From Octopus sinensis (Eukaryota), in assembly GCF_006345805.1 (NCBI RefSeq), contig NW_021833527.1, forward strand, positions 1 through 28,538: a stretch of DNA of 28,538 bases. The letters are read 5' to 3'. The position numbers and the translations under genes are program-made. This document shows positions 1-11,710 of this stretch, in pieces. The notes beneath the pieces are model-generated. The model saw only the letters and a list, made by a program, of their open reading frames with translations. It was not told the DNA's origin and ran no database searches. The first letter of the stretch is position 1. Each line of letters begins with the position of its first letter.

Positions 1-38
1 ACGACAGACAGACAGACAGAAGACAGACAGACAAATTG

Positions 39-135
<97 letters not shown>
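1..135. repeat. (GACA)n/(GATA)n microsatellite
   Basis: Direct reading: GACA units to about 32, then about 22 perfect GATA units. Confidence 0.97.
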
Positions 136-459
136 TAATTATTTGAGTGAATGCATATCCTCTCATTCCCCAGAATGACCATAATTGTTTTCTTTTCTTT
201 TCCTTTTCTTTCCTTCTCGTTCTCCTTTTCTTCCAACTCTTTGACTCTTAATCACACCCAATCTATCCATCATTTCGGTTCCACCTTACGCTAAAACAGT
301 CATTGGTTGTTTAAACTTGCTTCCTTTATCGTTTTGTTATTGACTTTTCTATTCATTTGGAATTCCTAGCAGTAATGTAAACCTAAGTGAGGTAATTTCA
401 GCCTGATAACTAGCTAGTCTGTGGAGAGTTCATTGCATACCACTTATGTAAAGAGCTTG

Positions 460-596
460 AACAGATGCTATAAACACTTGTGCCACCTCCGCCCTTCCTA
501 GCAGAGATAATGCCATTCCAGACCAGGTCCGGGTTAGGGCAGTCACCCTACCTGTAACCTCGTTCGAATTCTTCTCTATCTGGTGTCTGAACAGTA
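460..596 (-). mobile_element. Diverged Tx1/L1-clade ORF2 fragment (RT motif 7 to thumb region)
   Basis: Manual minus-strand translation VLFRHQIEKNSNEVTGRVTALTRTWSGMALSLLGRAEVAQVFIASV aligns with VWFGPDLQVEKNWNEITSRVVTLARQWAERKLSLKGRAEVANTYIASV of the Tx1 copy near 19000. Confidence 0.75.
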
Positions 597-1641
597 CTCA
601 CAATGCTAACCTGGGAGGTGCCAAGGGGGGAATCCAGTAGTGACTTTAGTAATGTAGGCGGTGTAAAAAAATTGATAATGATCAAATTTCCCGTAAAACC
701 CTATTTTTGCCTCATTTAAACTATGTAACCAGAAATAAACTTCAGTGCCCTCTGAATAATATGCTCTTCACTAAAAGTATTGTGTATCCACTAAAAGAAT
801 ATTACTTATTCATACTAGCCAGAATACTTTTATATTTGTGGATTCGATTTCTTCAACCTTTAAATTAAGTTTTCATAACTACACTTTTAGATGAGATAAA
901 GCTAAATCCACATCCCTTGCTAAAAAAATCTAGGAGTTAAAAGATGAAAAACTGCCTTCAGTATTATCTGGAGTATTATGAAACCTGCTAAACCTTTAAC
1001 GATAGATATCGTTGCAAGCTCTGGTGTACAGAATTATTAGAAATCCTAAGATGTTCAGGCGAGGTTATTAATAAATCGGACGAAGTTGGGGTTAAATGCT
1101 CACATTCTATACAGTAATATTTTTTTGTACTTTAAACTCGTTCTGTAGATCACTTCTGTTTATTGCACTCCTATCTATAATCATACATCGTGAAAATTAA
1201 TTTTTAATAAGCGGTTTTTCTCGCAACTTTAGTAGCTTAGTATAACCCAATATTATTGTTATCATAACTGTGAATAATCTAACTGCTCGGACAACCATAG
1301 CTTATAATAACGAACGCTACAGTTTAATCTTAGAGCTTTAAGTTTGATTCGAGTATTGGGATATCTTCATAAGGACTGCATGATCCTTATCTAATCACTG
1401 AATATACACCTCTTTGTAGAATTGTGTTCTATTAACTTAGTTATCTTTGGATATCAAATATTAAATACTAAATATTAAGTATCAAATGTACGAATTTCAA
1501 TATTTAGAACGTTCATAGTTTTGCTATTCTATTATTTCCATATTTTATTACTATTTATTTTACATATTATAATTATTAGTTTAGGACAATCAGTTATCTT
1601 TGTGTGGCTAGAGTTCACTATTCCTGTATTGTTCTCTTTTA

Positions 1642-1889
1642 AGGCGGCGGGCTGGCAGAAACGTTAGCACGCCGGGCGAAATGCTTAGCAGTATTTCGTC
1701 TGCCGTTACGTCCTGAGTTCAAATTCTGCGGAGGTCGACTTTGCCTTTCATCCTTTCGGGCTCGATTAAATAAGTACCAGCTACGCACTGGGGTCGATAT
1801 AATCGACTTAATCCGTTTGTCTGTCCTTGTTTGTCCCCTCTGTGTTTGTCCCCTCTGTGTTTAGCCCCTTGTGGGTAGTAAAGAAATAG
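1642..1889 (+). mobile_element. tRNA-derived SINE family A, monomer
   Basis: Near-identical to copies at 9356, 8682 and 16286. A-box-like TGGCAGAAACG and B-box-like GAGTTCAAAT. Approximately 15-bp TSD GTATTGTTCT(C)TTTTA at 1626-1641 and 1890-1904. Short internal duplication of TGTTTGTCCCCTCTG. Resembles described octopus tRNA-SINEs (OK/OR1/OR2 group), exact name not assigned. Confidence 0.9.
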
Positions 1890-2339
1890 GTATTGTTCTT
1901 TTTATCCTTCACTCTGTAGATTTCTTTCTTTCTTCTTCTTCCATGTCTATACCTTTCCCTCTCGCTACAATGCATTTACTCTCTTTTTTTATGCCTTCAT
2001 CCTGTCCGTTTCCTATATATCGTTGCTATTATGTTAAACTGTCGTATGTCCAAATTTGGCCAAATGCGTTTTCTTCAATATTTATTTTTGTTTACAATAG
2101 CCGGTTCTTTGGGTCAAAGTATCGTATCTCCAGCTGCTTCAGATGCCAAGATATCAAAAAATTGTCAAAGTGAAGTACAATGGTTCTGGTATGAAATTGT
2201 GAAGCTATTATTTTGTTTTCTGAAAAAGCAACGTTTTGGACTTAGGACACTGTTTCATAATAGCAACGACATATAGTGCTTATTTTTTCTATTTCCTCTT
2301 TTTTATTTTAGATCACCAGTGCAAAATTAACGAATGTAA

Positions 2340-2450
2340 GCATGCGTGTGCATGCACATATGTGTGCGTATATGTGTTTATATATAAATGTGTGCGTGCG
2401 TGCGTGCGTGTATGTGTTTGTGTGTATGTGTGTATGTGTGTGTATGTGTA
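2340..2450. repeat. Mixed (TG)/(TGCG)/(TGTA) microsatellite
   Basis: Direct reading. Confidence 0.8.
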
Positions 2451-2774
2451 GTAAGGAAAATAACAAAATAAATGCTTTTAGAAGACATTGAAAAACATCT
2501 GCTCTGAAAATGTCTAAAGAGTTCATGCAATTCGCAGCTCTAATTGTGTATTTTTATCGAGTATTAATGACTGTTTTATCTTAAAATCTATAACTGTAAA
2601 TTATAGATCTCCTCCTTCCTCTTCTATACTATTCTTAAATGTAACTTTCATGACATACCCACTTTTTACATATTAGAAATCGGTAACATTGTTTGTAACC
2701 TAACTTACTGAGAATCAATCGATTACTGAACTAGTCTTTATATAAAGGTTTTTTTTTTATTCTCTCTTTATTTC

Positions 2775-2910
2775 CATGTGCTCCTTTCTGTTGGAGAGCG
2801 TAGGCTCGAAATGTAAAATACTTTCTCACCTTCTCAAGCATTAAACTAATACACCTTTTTGCTGTTTATACACTTGTCTTCGTCTTTTGTTTTCCTGTAA
2901 ATTTCAACTA
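2775..2910 (+). mobile_element. Short repeat remnant with a minimal hammerhead-like motif, probably a PLE terminal repeat
   Basis: CTTT-CTGTTGG-A-GAGC-GTAG-GCTC-GAAAT-GT-A-AAA at 2784-2818 has the layout of a minimal type I hammerhead with a perfect 4-bp stem II but a mutated core. PLE assignment is inference. Confidence 0.4.
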
Positions 2911-3280
2911 GTCATTATCTTACTGTTTTAAATATATCCTAATGAGCGTTAGTATCGCATAGTGTATTGTGTAATCCGAAGAATTGCATTACGCTTGCAT
3001 CAAAAGTAAGACTATCAGGGAAACCATTGCTGCAACATTAAAAATCCATTCGTCTTTGTGTCCATTGTTATTTTGCGCCATGCTCAATGTTTTACTATTC
3101 GCTAAATAACTTGTAAACTATTGGAATTGCGGATTACCCAACAAGAGTGTCTTGAATTCAGCGATGCTTTCTACGTTGATAACGGATTACTTCAATGTCT
3201 GTTCTGCACGATTCCGTCTAGCTAATCAGTGGCGTACTACTCGCTGTTGTGCCATGATTCTTTATAAATCCTTTATAACG

Positions 3281-3423
<143 letters not shown>

Positions 3424-4678
3424 TGTTTCTTTATTAGCCACACAGGGCTGCACACAGACAGGACAAATTACAAGGTAGAGCTTTTCTTTTGGGGGTAAAA
3501 AAGGGGGTTTGGTTTTCGATCAAAGGGATCGTAAAGGGAAAGAAAGAGGACAAAATAAGGGGGGAATAAATTTTTTTAAAAAGGGGGGAGAGGAAAAAAA
3601 AGGGAAAGGAAAAAAAATTGAATAGGGATCGTTATCACAGAAATGTCAATATGAAGTGTAAAGGGGAGGACAGGTGAGGTTTACCCGTGGAAAGAAAAGC
3701 CTACAGAAAAAACCACGGTAACCTCGGTCAATGAAGTCACATGTTATATTTCTTTTTTTTTTGCAAATAAGCAACTCTCTGTTTTAATTTTTACGGTTCA
3801 TAGAATGATAGTCAAGGTGGCTTCGTCATTCATACGTGCCATCCTTGCTACATTCACCTATCTTTTTTTAAAACATTCACTAGACAAAACTTGCCTCTCT
3901 ACTCTCACTTTCCTCTTCAAGTGATACTTGAAGAAGTTGATGAGAGGTTGACCAGAGAGGAAAGTGTCTGTCTCTAATCCTTTCAGGCGCGTCCACCAGA
4001 TACTTCTTTCGCCATAGCTACAAGTATGCTAAAAATAGCTCTTCTTTCCCGTTTGAAGGAAGGAGGCGTGACGATATTAACGATAGACTCGGCTGATAAA
4101 CCGACACGTCCCACACGTGACAGCAGTCGTTCGACATAAGCCCACAGGTCGGAAATTGCTGGACACTGCACGATTGCGTGCAGAGCGGTTTGGTCGCTCT
4201 GCCCGCATCCCGTGTTTCTCGAGCCATGCCTATAGAGCTTATCCCGAACGGGTAGCGCTTCTCGGTAGCACCGCCAGGCCAGGGATCTCTGGAAGTTGTC
4301 CATAGGTCCCGGCGCGAAAGTCGTTTCAAACAGGCAGGTTGTGTTGAAGTCACTCAAGGTCGACCCGGGACGGCAGAGTTGCTTGAGAGCAACGCGACAC
4401 TCGCGGTGCCATTCGCCCTTCCTCGGCCTCTTTTTGATCCACGACTGCAGTTCAGTCATGGAGACGAGCTACGGGAACGCGTGCCTCACAAACGGCGACC
4501 ACACCTGTTCACCGTCGTCTACATAGAGCCGGAGATGTCGCAGTCTCAGCGCGTGTCTGCGCATCATCAACCACGACATGCCCAGCCCTCCTTTTAACGA
4601 GTGTTGACAGCAAATGGATCGCCTGACCATCGGGACGCATCCTGTGCCAGGCGGTGTTGCTAAACCAGGGTGAGGGCG
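3424..4678 (-). mobile_element. Tx1/L1-clade non-LTR retrotransposon, copy 1 (5'-truncated, internally deleted)
   Basis: Colinear with 17453-18865. Encodes the ORF2 C-terminus (MDNFQRSLAWRCYREALPVRDKLYRHG...TALHAIVQCPAISDLW, a damaged CCHC zinc knuckle). Purine-tract 3' UTR on the plus strand. Ends AATAAAGAAACA-(TATC)n. Confidence 0.92.
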
Positions 4679-4692
4679 GATAGATAGATAGG

Positions 4693-4766
<74 letters not shown>

Positions 4767-4785
4767 TATGTATGTATGTATGTAT
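4679..4785. repeat. (GATA)n then (TATG)n tract abutting the 5' junction of Tx1 copy 1
   Basis: Direct reading. Confidence 0.95.
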
Positions 4786-4864
4786 ATATACCCTCGGACC
4801 TTGAATTACATTTTTACCTGTACTAAATACAAATCTTAATGTGCGGTTGTGTGTATGTGTGTGC

Positions 4865-5000
4865 ATTTGAGTGTATGGCAAGAATCTTGTCCCTCATTCA
4901 CATGGCTCCGTGTTCATTCCCACTGCGTGGAACCGCGGGCCGACCAAAGTCTTCTGAGTGGATTTGGTAGACGGAAACTGAATGAGAAAGAGGTCAGTCG
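4865..5000 (+). mobile_element. Degenerate left monomer of SINE family B
   Basis: Matches CCCACTGCGTGG...GGGCCGACCAAAG...GAGTGGATTTGGTAGACGGAAACTGAA of the 14303 copy, with an internal deletion through the CORE-like segment. Confidence 0.75.
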
Positions 5001-5007
5001 TATATAT

Positions 5008-5383
5008 GTGGAAGCACTCCGTCGGTTACGACGACGAGGGTTCCGGTTGATCCGAATCAACGGAACAGCCTGCTCGTGAAATTAACGTGTAAGTGGCTGA
5101 GCACTCCACAGACACGTGTACCCTTAACGTAGTTCTCGGGGATATTCAGCTTGACACAGAGTGTGACAAGGCCGGCCCTTTGAAATACAGGTACAACAGA
5201 AACAGGAAGTAAGAGTGAGAGAAAGTTGTGGTGAAAGAGTACAGCAGGGATCCCCTGCCGGAGCCTCGTGGAGCTTTAGGTGTTTTCGCTCAATAAACAC
5301 TCACAACGCCCGGTCTGGGAATCGAAACCGCGATCCTATGACCGCAAGTCCGCTGCCCTAACCACTGGGCCATTGCGCCTCCA
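5008..5383 (-). mobile_element. tRNA-derived SINE family C, apparently full length
   Basis: Minus-strand head GGAGGCGCAATGGCCCAGTGGTTAGGGCAGCGG...GGTTTCGATTCCC has pol III A and B boxes. 13-bp TSD CAGTCG(T/C)ATATAT at 4995-5007 and 5384-5396. Confidence 0.85.
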
Positions 5384-7916
5384 CAGTCGCATATATATAT
5401 ATATATTAACAAGAATGCACTGGATCCAGGGAGAGATGAATATTATTTATTTATACAGACATTAAAAGTCGAGCTACTATTAATTTCATACTGGAGAAAT
5501 ACTTGTAAACAACAAGCTTGTAATGGCCTGTCGTGTGTTTCCAAGCAATCTATCAGACTCAAAATATACAAGTTCACTTCTCATTTTGAGGAAAAGCTAC
5601 TGATCTTTGAGAAAACACGAGAAAGGTCGGAAAGAAGCTAGAAGAAAAAGGTGGAAAGAAAAAACAGAAAATTAAGAGTTATGTTTCTTTAACCCGTCTG
5701 AATCAGTGTTATTATCGTTGGCGTTAATTAATTCAACGATGAGCTGGTCAAAGTTTGTGTGACTGCATGCTTAATCCAAGGAGGGTAGTGTTCAAGAAAA
5801 ACAAAACAGATCTGGTATTAACTAGGTCAGAGGAGATCTGTATAAATGTATGAATGTACATATGTGTGTTTATGAATTTATATACCATCATCCATTACTA
5901 ACTAAACACAAACCGCAGACGTGTATCACTGAACCAGAAATATATTTGCACATAGACACACACAAATTAGACTCCAAGACACGGCAGTTGTACAATCCCA
6001 ATACTAAATAAACTATAAATACTAAGGTAAAATCACAATAATCGCTTTGTGAAACCATCAGAAGATACACATCAGCATGAAGAAGAGTAATTTGGTAAGA
6101 TCATAAAATATGATGAAGGGATTCTTGATAGAACATCCGATGAAGTAATTGGTCAGCCAATTAATTAATGGACTCTCTAGTTAACTAGATATTTGATATT
6201 CGTGTGTTTTTCTCTTTGTAATTGTATTTTCGCATTATGTATTTTTTCATTACTTCAGATAGAGAATTAAATCATGTTCGAAATAAAACATAAGAAACAG
6301 ATAGTGATAGGGGAGAGTGAGAGACAGACAGAGACAGAGGCACAGAGAGAGAGAGAAATTAAAAGGTGAATTATTGAAGAGTCGAACACTATAAAGCAAT
6401 ATATGGTGGGGAAAGAAGCTTGAATACAGTCCTGAATAATGTTACGAACTTGAAATATGCGATTGTAAATCAACAAATGTTAAGTTAACGTCACTTCTGA
6501 CACTTCATTAGTGCTGTATAATTAAACATTATTACTACTTTCTAAGCATTCGTTTTCTTTCTCAGTACCAAAGAATTACTCTATCATTAAAAATAAAGTT
6601 ATTTACTAGATTGAGCTGCGAGACAACAGCATGTAACAGTGAGAAAATTAGAATGGAGTTGCTGGAGTATCAGGTCTTTATGTCACTTGTCGTTGCAGCA
6701 AAAGATAGATGATGAAGGGTGAATGACAGAAACAGAATTAAAATAAGAGCGTGTTGGCTTAAAAAGAATTACGCTGGTCAGAGTGGTATCAAACAACAAA
6801 ATTAAAAGAGACATCGCCAAAAATGCTTGTGTTTATAACTTGTTTAAAATAGTATTAAAAGTGTAAAAGAGAAAAACAGACTATCACGTGTAAACAGTTC
6901 ATACTATTTTTGAAATTGTTTTTTTCCTTTACAGTACTAGTGAAATATTGTAACATTTAAAAATATATGAAATTTTATATAGTTCATATATTAACCCTTA
7001 AACAGGTGTTTCTTTTTACAGCATTTGGCCCATATGTTGAGTGACATGCATCTGAACAAGCGTAAGACTTTTCAAATAACTATTTCTTGAAACAAAATGG
7101 TGGAAATTGAACAAAATACCCAATGGAAGCTAGCATTGGGAAAATACAAAAAGAATTTTAAAATATTGAATGAGACAGCAGCTGAAACAGGACAGATGAT
7201 CAAAGTAGGTAGCGGTCTTCGTTAACCGAAAATTATTACAAGTGTGAGATTAAGAGATGAAAGCAGTTTAATAAAATATATGGAAGAACTTAAGCATCAC
7301 AAAAAGTAATGCTGTGAATGAGAAGAATGGAGAACGAAGAGTAAATTCATCAGAAAAAAATAGAGAGAACAAGAATAGAGTAAGATTTGCAGAAACAGTG
7401 ATAAACATTCTGAAAATAAATAGAAAAACGGAGAATAGAAATTGAGAGAATTGCAGTCAGAAGAGAAAAAGAAACTGATGAAGATGTTTTATAGCCCCTG
7501 ACAAAAATGACACTGAAGAATTTAACATAAAATGAAACTGAAACTCAACCTCACAACTGACAGCATGATATCTGTCAGCCGTACAGATTAATAAAATATT
7601 TAACACAAGCACAACTTCAACATACGAAAGGGAAAATGCACAAATATCTGCATTTAGGCATTTCCAAATGATAGGAAAAAGAAGAAACAGTTGCTAAACA
7701 GTGGTTTGCTGAACGAAGAATAATTAGAATGCAAAACAAGGTAAATGATACACTTCTAGAAGTGTGACAACTGTTGTGCACAGAGTGCTGATCCAACTAG
7801 ACTTGGTTCTTAGTGTTTCAGAGTGCATGGTCAAATCTATCACTGTACGTTTAATATGTGAACAGATGATAGTGAATAGTAACAGTTTGCACTTAGACTC
7901 CAATTTCTTTTATATT

Positions 7917-8369
7917 CCTCTTGATGCCTTCTGCTACTGTTCCCTAGGACGCAACAATGATTGACACTATCTTCACATTCTTCCTTTTCCATAGCCAGGC
8001 TATTTCGTATTTAAGAGGGTTGTATCTATCTATCTTCTTGACTATTCGTGGATCAAAGGGACATGCAACATCAACTATATATCATATAGGGTGCACCTTG
8101 TCCACCAGCACTTGGTCTGGTCTGTTGTGATCTAGCACCTGCTCTGTTTGGAATGGGAAATCCTTAAGGATTTTGTTAGCATCCGACTCCGCCACTCTCT
8201 TCGGTTTGTCCTCATACCACGTCTTGCCTCTCTAGCCCCACTTTTCGCACAGTTTCCAATGTAGGACTTTCGCTACCTGGTCGTGTGGCCGCAAATTTGT
8301 AGTGGTTTAGAGCAAGTCTAGGGCATTCGTTCGTGATATGGGCAATGGTCTAATCCACTCTACTGCAGA
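7917..8369 (-). mobile_element. R4/Dong-like non-LTR retrotransposon fragment (zinc knuckle plus restriction-like endonuclease), degenerate
   Basis: Manual translation across frameshifts and stops: TIAHITNECPRLA / HDQVAKVLHWKLCEKW / KTWYEDKPKRVAESDANKILKDFPFQTEQVLDHNRPDQVLVDK...IVDVACPFD...LKYEIAWLWK...KIVSIIVAS*GTV. This has the RHD-like, RPD and D-x-A-C-P signatures of RLE-type elements. Confidence 0.8.
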
Positions 8370-8681
8370 AGTGTGTAGATCATCATATTGAGTAAGGATT
8401 TCATAGGCTGAATATCAGAGAGGGAGAAGTCAGAGAGATGTAAAAACGAGGGAAAGTCTGCAATCGAGAAAATTAGTTTATTCCAGTTTGCGAAGAATAG
8501 GGGAAGGATCAGAGTAAAATAGGAATGCGTTAAGTAAATCCAAGATCAAATAATAAATACAAGTAATATCCCGTTGCAACTTCAAATGAGAATATTCGAT
8601 GATAATCCATTTCGAGGAATAGTGGAAGTTGCTAGTTCCAATTTTGAATAGAGAATGAATAAGGGTAGAATAGGAATATAT

Positions 8682-9106
8682 TTTATCTATTTCTTTACTA
8701 CCCACAAGGGGCTAAACACAGAGGGGACAAACAAGGACAGACAATCGGATTAAGTTGATTACATCGACCCCAGTGCGTAACTGGTACTTTATTTATCGAC
8801 CCCGAAAGGATGAAAAGCAAAGTCGACCTCAGAGGAATTTGAACTCAGAACGTAACGACAGACGAAATACATGTTTCTTTATTACCTACAAGGGGCTAAA
8901 CATACAGGGGACAAACAAGGACGGACAAACGGATTAAGTCGATTACATCGACACCAGTGCGTAACTGGTACTTAATTTATCGACCCCGAAAGGATGAAAA
9001 GCAAAGTCGACCTCGGCGGAATTTGAACTCAGAACGTAATGGCAGACGAAATATTGCCAAGCATTTCGCCCGGCGCGCTAACGTTTCTGCCAGCTCGCTG
9101 CCTTCG
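8682..9106 (-). mobile_element. SINE family A head-to-tail dimer (full monomer plus monomer lacking the first ~50 nt)
   Basis: Two tandem bodies with junction near 8870. The whole dimer is bounded by a 15-bp TSD AGAATAGGAATATAT (8667-8681, 9107-9121). Confidence 0.9.
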
Positions 9107-9355
9107 AGAATAGGAATATATATTATAGTCAAGGGGAAGGACAGACATGTGGGCATAATAGAGTAGATATATACTAATCAGTGTATGAGAGTAGGCATGT
9201 GGAGAGATATTAGGGGGTGCATGTATAAAGACAGATAGATAAAGGGATGAAGAATAACAGATGCCAGATGATGTCAAATGACCACCAAGGCTGACTAGAT
9301 TTAGCAAAAATGGGAGAGAGGGGTAGTGATGTAATAAAGCGGTTGTAAAAGATAA

Positions 9356-9588
9356 GGCGGCGAGCTGGCAGAAACGTTAGCACGCCGGGCGAAATGTGTA
9401 GCCCTATTTTGTCTGCGGTTACGTTCTGAGTTCAAATTCCGCCGAGGTCGACTTTGCCTTTCATCCTTTCGGGGTCGATAAATTAAGTACCAGTTACGCA
9501 CTGGGGTCGATGTAATCGACTTAATCCGTTTGTCTGTCCTTGTTTGTGTCCTCTGTGTTTAGCCCCTTGTGGGTAGTAAAGAAATAGT
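9356..9588 (+). mobile_element. SINE family A, monomer
   Basis: Full match to the 1642 copy. Perfect 13-bp TSD TTGTAAAAGATAA (9343-9355, 9589-9601). Confidence 0.92.
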
Positions 9589-9862
9589 TTGTAAAAGATA
9601 ATGAAGATCTCAAGCTAAAGGGATCCTGATAATAATGGTTCTAATGCTGCTAAAAATAGATACCCATAATAATGAATGCTAGCGTGACTCGCGAATATTT
9701 CACAGAATTATTGGGTTATTTCTGAAATCTTTATCCAAAAATCTGGAAGCATAGCCTGCATTGTGTCGGTATTAAAAAATAGTCGCTCATCTACTATACA
9801 TTGAAAAGTGAAGGAAATTGGAATATGATGGTTACTTAATGCACTTTATATATAGACATTTT

Positions 9863-10629
9863 GGCAATCACTCGCATTTCGTCTCTCTCACAGCTGTCAC
9901 AAACTTCGTGAATTTCCGTAGATTTTGTTTTTATTTACTTTTGTTTTCATGACTTGTTGAGCGCAACATTTGCTTTGAAGCCGGAGGAAAGTAAAACAGA
10001 CGATAGCGCGCGCGCGCATTCACACACACACACACAAACACATACGTTGTTCATGACTTGAATAGTGAAACACACTATTGTATGTATGTATGTATGTATG
10101 TATGCAGTGTATATGAAGGATAACAGGTGAACGTGTGTGTGATCGTGTCCCACTGAGTGTACGCGCGCGAGCGTGTTCAACTCTAAGCATTTGTATTCTC
10201 TCACTCACACACATACAAACACACACTTATACAGTGAATGTATGTATGTATTTATGCATGTACATATATATGAAAAATAATGGGTATACGTGTGCGCGCG
10301 CGCGTGTGTGTGTGTGTGCGTGTGCGCGAACATGTTCAGATTTATGTATTTGTTTTCACACACACATGCATGCGCGCCCACACACGCACATACGCATACG
10401 CACAGGTACACGTACGCACATATGTACTTACATATATACATTGGTACAAAAATACATACGTACATTACATATATTGTCCGAGTGGATGTTTCACTATTCA
10501 AGTCATGAACACGAAAGCCAATGAGTGTGTGCGTGCGCCGCGCGCGGAATTGAACAATTGTTACGGATATTAACGAACAACCATTTGTAAAATTATTGAC
10601 AGTTCTGAAACCAAATACGAGTGATTGCC
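9863..10629. mobile_element. Non-autonomous DNA transposon (MITE) with long imperfect TIRs and a microsatellite-filled centre
   Basis: Terminal GGCAATCACTCG(C/T)ATTT inverted (16/17; 9863-9879 vs 10613-10629). Perfect 24-bp inverted GTTCATGACTTGAATAGTGAAACA (10049-10072 vs 10487-10510). Intervening blocks also mirror. No convincing TSD. Confidence 0.7.
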
Positions 10630-11451
10630 CACTTTTTATACATTATTCACAATTTCATAAACTTAATACATAGTACTCTCCCTCTTTCTCAATCACTCTC
10701 CGCCTTACCCTCTTTTCTCTTTCCTTTATCTTTCGCTCTTCGCCCTTCCCTTCAGCTAGTCACGTGAAAGCGTTACGGATGGACTAAGTAACGGAAGGAA
10801 AACTTAGCTACAACAATTACATATTTCAATCACCACCACCTCCCCTTCCCCTCCAACTAATCACTTTGGAAGCGTTACGGACGGGCAAAGTAACAGACAA
10901 GCAAGCAGAATAAAAGAAGATAAAATAAGATAAAATGTGGGATATAAAAAAATAAAATGTTAAAGTTTGCGATGTGAATGAAGGTGTATGTTTCATATGT
11001 TAAAAATATTTTGAACATTTCAATAAACCGTTTTTCTTTTATCTTTCTTCCAACCTCACTTATGTCATGTAGTTTGTGGAAAGGAAAACTTAGAAACATT
11101 TTCTGACCACATGGTTCTAACATTTCACTTAATGGCGTTTGTTCAACATTAGTGTTCCGGATTTGTTGTCTTTGAACTCGTGAGCGTTCCGATAACATAA
11201 TCCCTGTTTCACCAATATATAGTTCCTTTAATGCAGATCAAATTTCTCTTTTTGCAGATCAAATTTCTCTTTTTGCAGTTCATATCTGCATTTGTGAAAA
11301 TCTGACCATTTTTTTTTTTGTTCTGGATACTGTGAATGTTTCATCTTGTTTGTTCATGTTGAATTTTGCCTTTGTTAATAGTTTCTTTAGGTTATGTAGT
11401 TGCCTTTTACTTAAGATAAGTGTTTCGTTAGTTTTTCTTTTCTATATACTT

Positions 11452-11655
11452 TTATTTGTTTCAGTCATTTGACTGCGGTCATGCTGGAGCACCGCCTTTA
11501 GTCGAGCAAATCGACTCCGGGACTTATTCTTTGTAAGCCTAGTACTTATTCTATCGATCTCTTTTGCCGAACCGCTAAGTTACGGGGATATAAACACAAC
11601 AGCATCGGTTGTCAAGCGATGTTGGGGGGACAAACACAGACATACAATCACACAC

Positions 11656-11710
<55 letters not shown>

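Noticed and set aside
660-1620. AT-rich region considered as a possible mitochondrial insertion
   Set aside because: No recognisable mitochondrial rRNA, tRNA or protein motif was found.
2100-2170. Possible plus-strand exon after TTTTTGTTTACAATAG
   Set aside because: No good donor site and no recognisable peptide in any frame.
7030-7760. Purine-rich stretch resembling a decayed transposon ORF
   Set aside because: Many stops in all frames and no motif that I can identify.
8400-8660. Weak resemblance to a CR1/L2 C-terminal region (HLKLQRDITCIYYLI)
   Set aside because: Too short and degenerate to support without a profile search.
8682-9588. Divergent SINE A pair as a single large inverted-repeat element
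   Set aside because: Each copy has its own distinct TSD, so they are independent insertions.
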